A DNA stretch of 64,000 nt from the human T2T-CHM13v2.0 reference genome, Homo sapiens: the NCBI RefSeq assembly GCF_009914755.1, contig NC_060926.1; one strand, given 5' to 3'. This document shows positions 55,459-64,000 of the stretch, in pieces. The position numbers and the translations under genes are program-made. How positions within the stretch are numbered: position 1 is the stretch's first letter; every line of letters starts with the position of its first letter. The notes beneath the pieces were generated by a model. The model saw only the letters and a program-made list of their open reading frames with translations. It did no database searches and was not told the origin of the DNA.

Positions 55459-56464
55459 TTATAATAGCATAGAATTGGAAATACTGGTTATGCTATCAAG
55501 ACATTGACTGGAATGCCATGTTTGTGTATGTCCTATATGTATCTATAGCTACAGCAGGTAAAGTCTGAAGTCGGCCTTGCTTTGACATCTTTGCTTTAAG
55601 GGGATTTTAAAAGTCTAATCTGATATTCCTTATCAAAAGTTCCAGCAAAATGTACTTTAAAAGAGCCTATGTGGTCAATTGCTATTCTTACCGCATTTAT
55701 GTAAATAACCAGGCCAAGTCTGATGAGGCTAAACTTTGCAAACAAATTCGTCTTACTTTGATTATCTTTGGTAGAAATGGGGGTAATTGTAGAGAAAACA
55801 ATTGTACTTCAGAAGAAAAACGGTAACTCCATTATTCAACTGTAACCCTGTTCATTGTTTTTGGGTTTTTGAAATCTACCTACAGACTGGACTGAATCCT
55901 GAAGTCTTTTAGTTTCCTCCAAACTAATGTTGTGCCATGGAATTGCTAACCAGCACTTCTCTGTTCCAGAAGCTCCATGAGCTAGAGCTTGAAAATTCAA
56001 TGTAAATTTCAAGAGAATATTCTCATGCCAGATGTGTGGGCCACTCAGAGACTTCACAAATGCCCAGTGCCATGACCAGAGACATTGAAACTGCAAACCA
56101 GGATAAGAAGTTGATGACTTCACTCTGTGGACAGCTCTATGAGAACAAGACTCCACATCATAATGAGACTCTTAGTCCCTTAATTCTTTCTGGCTTATGC
56201 CTACCTCTTTCGCTTGGCAAGATGATGCTATAATTAAAATTTCACAATCAATGGCTTCTGTGAGAAACTTGATGGAGTGTTGGATCATTCATATCAAACC
56301 CAAATCTTTTATGACCTAAGGGATCCTCCAGTTCACCTGGTGGCTAATGTTAGCAACAGCTTTAAAGCAACTGCTTCAAATTATATGAATGATCTCTTTA
56401 TATAGCATTAGACTTCTAGACCCACATGTTCTCACTGCCTGTTTCAATTTAATCCAGCCTTGGG

Positions 56465-56730
56465 ATGCTTGATAATAGATTTGCTACATACTAGCTGAAT
56501 AGAAAGGAGTCTTGCAGTTGCTAATATTTCTTGTTGCACGTGGATGAATACGTCAAGTACTGTAGTGACTCAGCTGCAAAAATTAACAAACAAGCTACTT
56601 GGTTAAAGCAGGTAGAATCCTAATCTGGATTTTTCTTTAGTCTATTTAATTTTAGTTGATTTGGTTCCTGAGCACTCTGGCTGAGAAGCACACTTCAAAC
56701 TCTTGGTATTATACTCCTTATAGTCATAAT
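56465..56730 (+). pseudogene. Degenerate env TM remnant
   Basis: LDNRFA...(G)VLAVANISCCTWMNTS: relic of the ISD and CX6CC, then a hydrophobic segment. Confidence 0.7.
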
Positions 56731-57555
56731 ACTTTGTAGAATAGAGGCTGCATGATTCATGAATTATGAATAAAAGTCAATTAGATCTATAACTAAATTT
56801 GTTGTAATTTTGTCTCTTGACAGTCGAAACAACTTTGGCAGAATTCAACAAAAAGCCATTATTTGTTTTTTTTACTTCTTTTTAATAAATCTGAAATATG
56901 AAGGCAAGATCTTAGATCCTAAAGGGTATTGTCTGAAAACACTACTGAGATCTTTTTTCAGAGTGTATGCCTTCAGGTAGGGCTTTAAAAATAGTTATTG
57001 TTGTACTCAACCAATTTCACAGAATTTCCAGTTTTCGTTGCTTCCCTAGTTTAATGTCAGCACAAGTAATCACTGCCTTTTTAAAACTTGCCTTCTTGCA
57101 CCTAAGAACAAAATACAAGTAAGAAAAAATAAATCAATAGTAAGAAGGTTTACTTTTCATGTTAGTTATGTAGACCTACTTCTTCATTATTTTTTATAAA
57201 GGCAGAGGTTTAAAAAAATTGCCAGAAGTGTTCACATGATTGCTTTGTGGTGGAATAACTATTACAATCTATTTTATAATCATAAGAATCTTGAAAGTAC
57301 ATGCAACTCTGGAATACATTCAAAAGTTGTGACATCATGAGGTCTAATTGAGTAGATGTGAATTATCACATTTAATTTCTCCTCTCAGTCTTTTTATTTT
57401 CTCTCTTCTCATGAGATATGAGTTAGACAAAAACATTAGACCAGGTGCAAGGCTTCCATCCCATGTGATTATATATTGTGTAATGCCATGTTCTCCTTCT
57501 TTCAGTAGATGTAGAAAGCACTAGTGATAATAAAGTCACAATTTTCTTTTCATAG

Positions 57556-57896
<341 letters not shown>

Positions 57897-59505
57897 CTGT
57901 CTTATTCACTTTTAAATTTATGTTGATTCTGGAGAGCCTTCCCTTTTTTGTGTTTAAGTTGTGATTAAAAATATTTTAGGCATATATATATATACATATA
58001 GCATATATGTAAATGCACATACATGTACTTAATGGTGAAAGAGTGAGAGAGCTATGTTATCTTGCTTGGACAAGTTTTTCACTGGGATTCCATGGTAAAG
58101 CTGATATTGTTCCAGGTCCTTTTCATTCCTAGATCTGATAGGTTTCAAAGCAGTAATCAGTTGTCCCCAAATCTCAAGCGGTGGCCAGCAGCACAGTCTT
58201 GGCAGCTCTTTTCTCCCCCATGCTGTTCATGATTTCCTAGTGCTTGTCAAAGATGACCTATTCAAAACTGCAATTTAGTTTTATTTTCCGTTAACAAAGC
58301 AGGAAAACTCACTGATTTTCTGCCCATTGATTCTACTTTCTTATATCACATCTTCTTTGCTTTTGCAGTCATGACAAAATACACTTGCTTCTGATATGTT
58401 AAATTTTTAATCCAAGAGTCTAATGCACTAGGATTCCCTAGAACATATTTTGTCCCTGTTATGTGCAAATATTCTCATCTGTCAGTGTGAAAATATAACC
58501 CATTACCATCACATATGCTTTTGTCGTGCCTCCTTAACCATAATATTTGTTCAAGAATATTTGGAAGTAATTTAGGATCAGAAATAGTAAAAGAATTACT
58601 AGCAGGAAAACACAGCTTAGAGTCTTTACAAAATTACAATAGGGTTTTCAAATTCTTAAAATTGAAAAAGTATAGTATTCAGATTTATTGTTGGTGGTGG
58701 TGGTGTGTGTGGATTTTCTTTTAATTGACTTAAAAGAAATTTATGAAAAATTCTTAATGTATTCTTTAAAATATCTCAAACAATAGTATCTTCTAAAGAA
58801 GTTCAAAGCAAATGATATATAAGAAGAGTAACCTTGACATAATCTAATCAGTTTATAATTATTGATAAGTATTAGATCTAACCTAACATTGGAGTTCATT
58901 ACATTTGAGAAATTATTTATCATGTGTAATTTTATGATATTCTCTTGTCACTGTATGATATATACTTTTTCATTCAATTAGTCATCCCATCTTTTTTCAA
59001 TGCCATCTCAATATATTTTCATTTCAAAATTCTCACATTTTCTTTTGTTTATATTTGAAGGGATTTTTCTTATTGATGATGCCATTGATCACCAATAAAG
59101 TATATTCAAATAACCAATTGGAAATAATACTAGTATGGAATATTCAGTCATTAAAGATTAAAATCAGCTCAGGGAATATCTGACAAGGAAATTGTAATGG
59201 TCTTGCAATGCTATTTCAAAATATTAACCTGGTAAAAATTCAGCTATGTTTTACTAACATATCCTCAAGTTGCTGCTTAAAAGAAACTTATATAAGGTAT
59301 CACATTCTTAGTAGATGGTAACAATTTTGTCATTTTCAAGCAAGGGAAACAACTTTCTTTTCTTATAGTCTTGAAATTTAAAACACTTGTTTCTGAGCAA
59401 AATGAAACTAATATATTTCCACTAGTGCTAAAAAAGTTTCATATCAACCTAAAGGCATCTTCCAAAAGTGAGAGGTCTCTTACTATATGAATCAGCAGTA
59501 TAATA

Positions 59506-59558
59506 TTAGGTCATTAATTTTAATGACAAAACCCACAATTACTTTTGCACCGACCTAA
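59506..59558. mobile_element. MADE1 (Hsmar1 MITE), internally deleted
   Basis: TA-flanked TTAGGT...CAATTACTTTTGCACCGACCTAA. Confidence 0.85.
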
Positions 59559-60902
59559 TATTATAATATCCATTATTTATAACAAGGATATAAATATTAC
59601 CTCCATCTTATTTATAGATGTTGAAACTGAGGCCCAGAGAGAACAACTTAGTTGTAGGTGATGGAAGCATAATGAGCCATAATAACAGGGAAATGTGAGA
59701 CAACTGGCCTTTGAAAAACATGAGAAGATAGTTTCAAGTAGGTTTCTTAGAGAACTTAGTCAATATATAGACCGTAACATAACAAGGAGAGCAAAATCAA
59801 ATAGATCTACACTTATAGCACATTTTAATAATATTAACCAAGAAAAGAAAGAAATTTTATGAGATATATATGCATTATATCTAAAATTATATTCTGAATT
59901 GCCTATTTCTTTGCTCTTTTCTTTCCTTTAAAGTATAACATGCTTTTTGCTATGAAATAAATAATATATACTATCTATACATAGTCAAATTTATTAGATA
60001 AGAAATATTGCCAGGAATATATTGTTAAAGTATTAGACTACAATAAGTTGCTTCCAATCCATTTTAAGAGGACCTACCACTAAAAATTCCAATTCAGTTT
60101 TCAGAGTGGGCCATAGGCAGTTAGAATCAGTAAGTCAATTGTTTGACTATCCGTCAATAGTTGTGAACTATTGACTATTGAATAGTCAAACTGTCCATCA
60201 GTAGTTGTGAACTAGTCAATCAATGCATTCCTCAGGTGTTCTGATATGATGGTTTAGCAGTCACTTCTCTAGATAATTTATTTTTAATTTGCTCCCTTGC
60301 TGAATTCTAATTTGATTTTTAAGCTTTTAGAGGTAGTTTGAGTTTTTTGTATTGTTTTATTAAGATAGATTACTAACTAATTATAATCAAATTTGTTTAC
60401 CTTAACTAGGTTGATCATCATACTATTAAGACCTAGGTTGTACTTTGAACGCTATTCTGTAAGCATATACTCTCTTCCAATTTTCCACCTCCAGCCTCAT
60501 AAAATAATTTGTTTATAACATAAAAAGCAAGCTAAGGAGTTTGTAAAGACCAGATCAAATCCAATGGTTACTGATGAAGTAGTACCTTAGAGAATATACT
60601 TAATTGGGGACTTATCATTCCTATTTTCTGAACACTACTTGCTTACTATGTCAACAACTCACATATTTATTTTCTTAATAATCTCTTTAAATGGATTTAC
60701 TTTCTAAACTCAAATACATAAATGCTTGCACTATTATAAAAAGAAAATGGTAAAATTGTCATAAGTAAAAGACAACTTTTAAATGTATGCAATAACACAG
60801 AAATAATGCTTTTAAATCTATAGGTAGTTATTGCTGTCTACTACATAAGGCTTTAAGTTGGGGTTTACTTTCTTGTTAAAGAAAAAAGGTTTGCAAGTAA
60901 TG

Positions 60903-61258
60903 TGATATGGTTTGGCTGTGTCCCCACCCAAATATCAACTGGAATTGTATCTCTCAGAATTCCCACATGTTGTGGGAGGGACCAAGGGAGAGGTCATTGA
61001 ATCATGTGGGCTAGTCTTTCCCAATTCTATTCTCGTGATAGTGAATAAGTCTCACGAGATCTGATGGGTTTATCAGAGGTTTCCACCTTCGCTTCTTTCT
61101 TATTTTTCTCTTGCTGCTGCCACGTAAGAAGTGCCTTTCATCTCCCGACATGATTCTGAGTCCTCCCCAGACATGTGGAACTGTAAGTCCAATTAAACCT
61201 CTTTTTGTTCCCAATTTTGGGTATGTCTTTATCAGCAGCATGAAAACAGACTAATACA
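60903..61258 (+). mobile_element. THE1A-like MaLR solo LTR
   Basis: TGATATGGTTTGGCTGTGTCCCCACCC...GACTAATACA; perfect TSD TAATG. Confidence 0.93.
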
Positions 61259-62165
61259 TAATGACAAGTATGAAATATATACTAACACAAAACGAATATG
61301 CTTAATTTGGGGCTTATCATTCCTATTTTCTGAACACTACATTTTAAATCTTACTATGTCAACAACTCATGTATATTATTATTTATACCTCATACCAAAA
61401 TATACCTCAAATAATTCATAGTAGTGATCAGACTTGAATTTTTTTGGCATATTAAAATTCCTCAGAATCTGGATTAAATAAGGTAGTAAAATTACATTCA
61501 TTAAATAGGAAAATAAGTTCAGACATATTGCTAATTGCTCATAAAGATGAAAATTCAGAGTACCAGTGATGAATTTAAGATTATAATCCACATTTTTAAT
61601 GTTTACCTTCATTAGTCTTTTGGGTCACATTGGGAAAAAAATAACCAATTTCTGGCCACAAGGATGAATTATAAAACCTGAAAATTTTTTGGTTAAAAAC
61701 AAAAATTCCTAATAAAATAATACAAGCATCCTTTAAAATCACTAGTTGAACTTTTGAAATATAAAAATATATATATCCTAATAGAATGTGAAAAAGGAAA
61801 AGAATCTGAAAGAGTTAGGAAAACTAAAACTGAAGCAGTAACTGCCCTCATAATAGAAAGAAAACAGGCCCAGGCCATACAATACGATGAAATGGAATGA
61901 GATTTTGCATGATACTGAGAACCTCCATGGGTTACTTCATCATTAGAGGATGTACTAGAAAAAATATTCCCAGTGGCATTAAAGATGACAAGAGAATCTG
62001 TCTGTCTTCGCATAGATTACAGGCAGAAGAAAAATTCTGCCCCCTGAGAATTCATAGCCAGTGGTTTCTTCACATAGTTTTATACCTGAATTTATACTAC
62101 TTGTGAGTCCCAGGACACCAAGTGGTTTTAGGTATCTGGCAGTATCAAAGACAGATCATGTTTAG

Positions 62166-64000
<1,835 letters not shown>

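Noticed and set aside
58130-58330. Possible minus-strand splice sites and a short ATG frame
   Set aside because: Weak acceptor, early stop and no coherent exon structure.

Overview
AT-rich primate (human-like) nuclear DNA, intergenic or deep intronic. I see no recognisable host protein-coding gene, RNA gene or CpG island. The window is mostly transposon relics: about 15 Alus, L1/L2/MIR/MER5 fragments, MADE1 remnants and MLT2A/THE1 solo LTRs. Its main feature is a ~27 kb cluster (29.8-56.8 kb) of three co-oriented defective endogenous retroviruses. (1) An ERV9/LTR12 provirus with a TTAA TSD has lost RT, integrase and SU and carries a second, HERV-I-like collapsed pol/RNase H segment. (2) An LTR8-family (HUERS-P1/MER4-group) element has two LTRs that disagree in R/U5, lack a TSD, and host THE1 and LTR14B insertions. 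(3) An LTR37-like MER4-group element retains an env remnant and a truncated 3' LTR. Family names come from my recall of consensus sequences, not a database search. I found no convincing new biological system; the best leads are retroviral mosaicism, some young or possibly polymorphic insertions and duplications, and weak minus-strand exon candidates.
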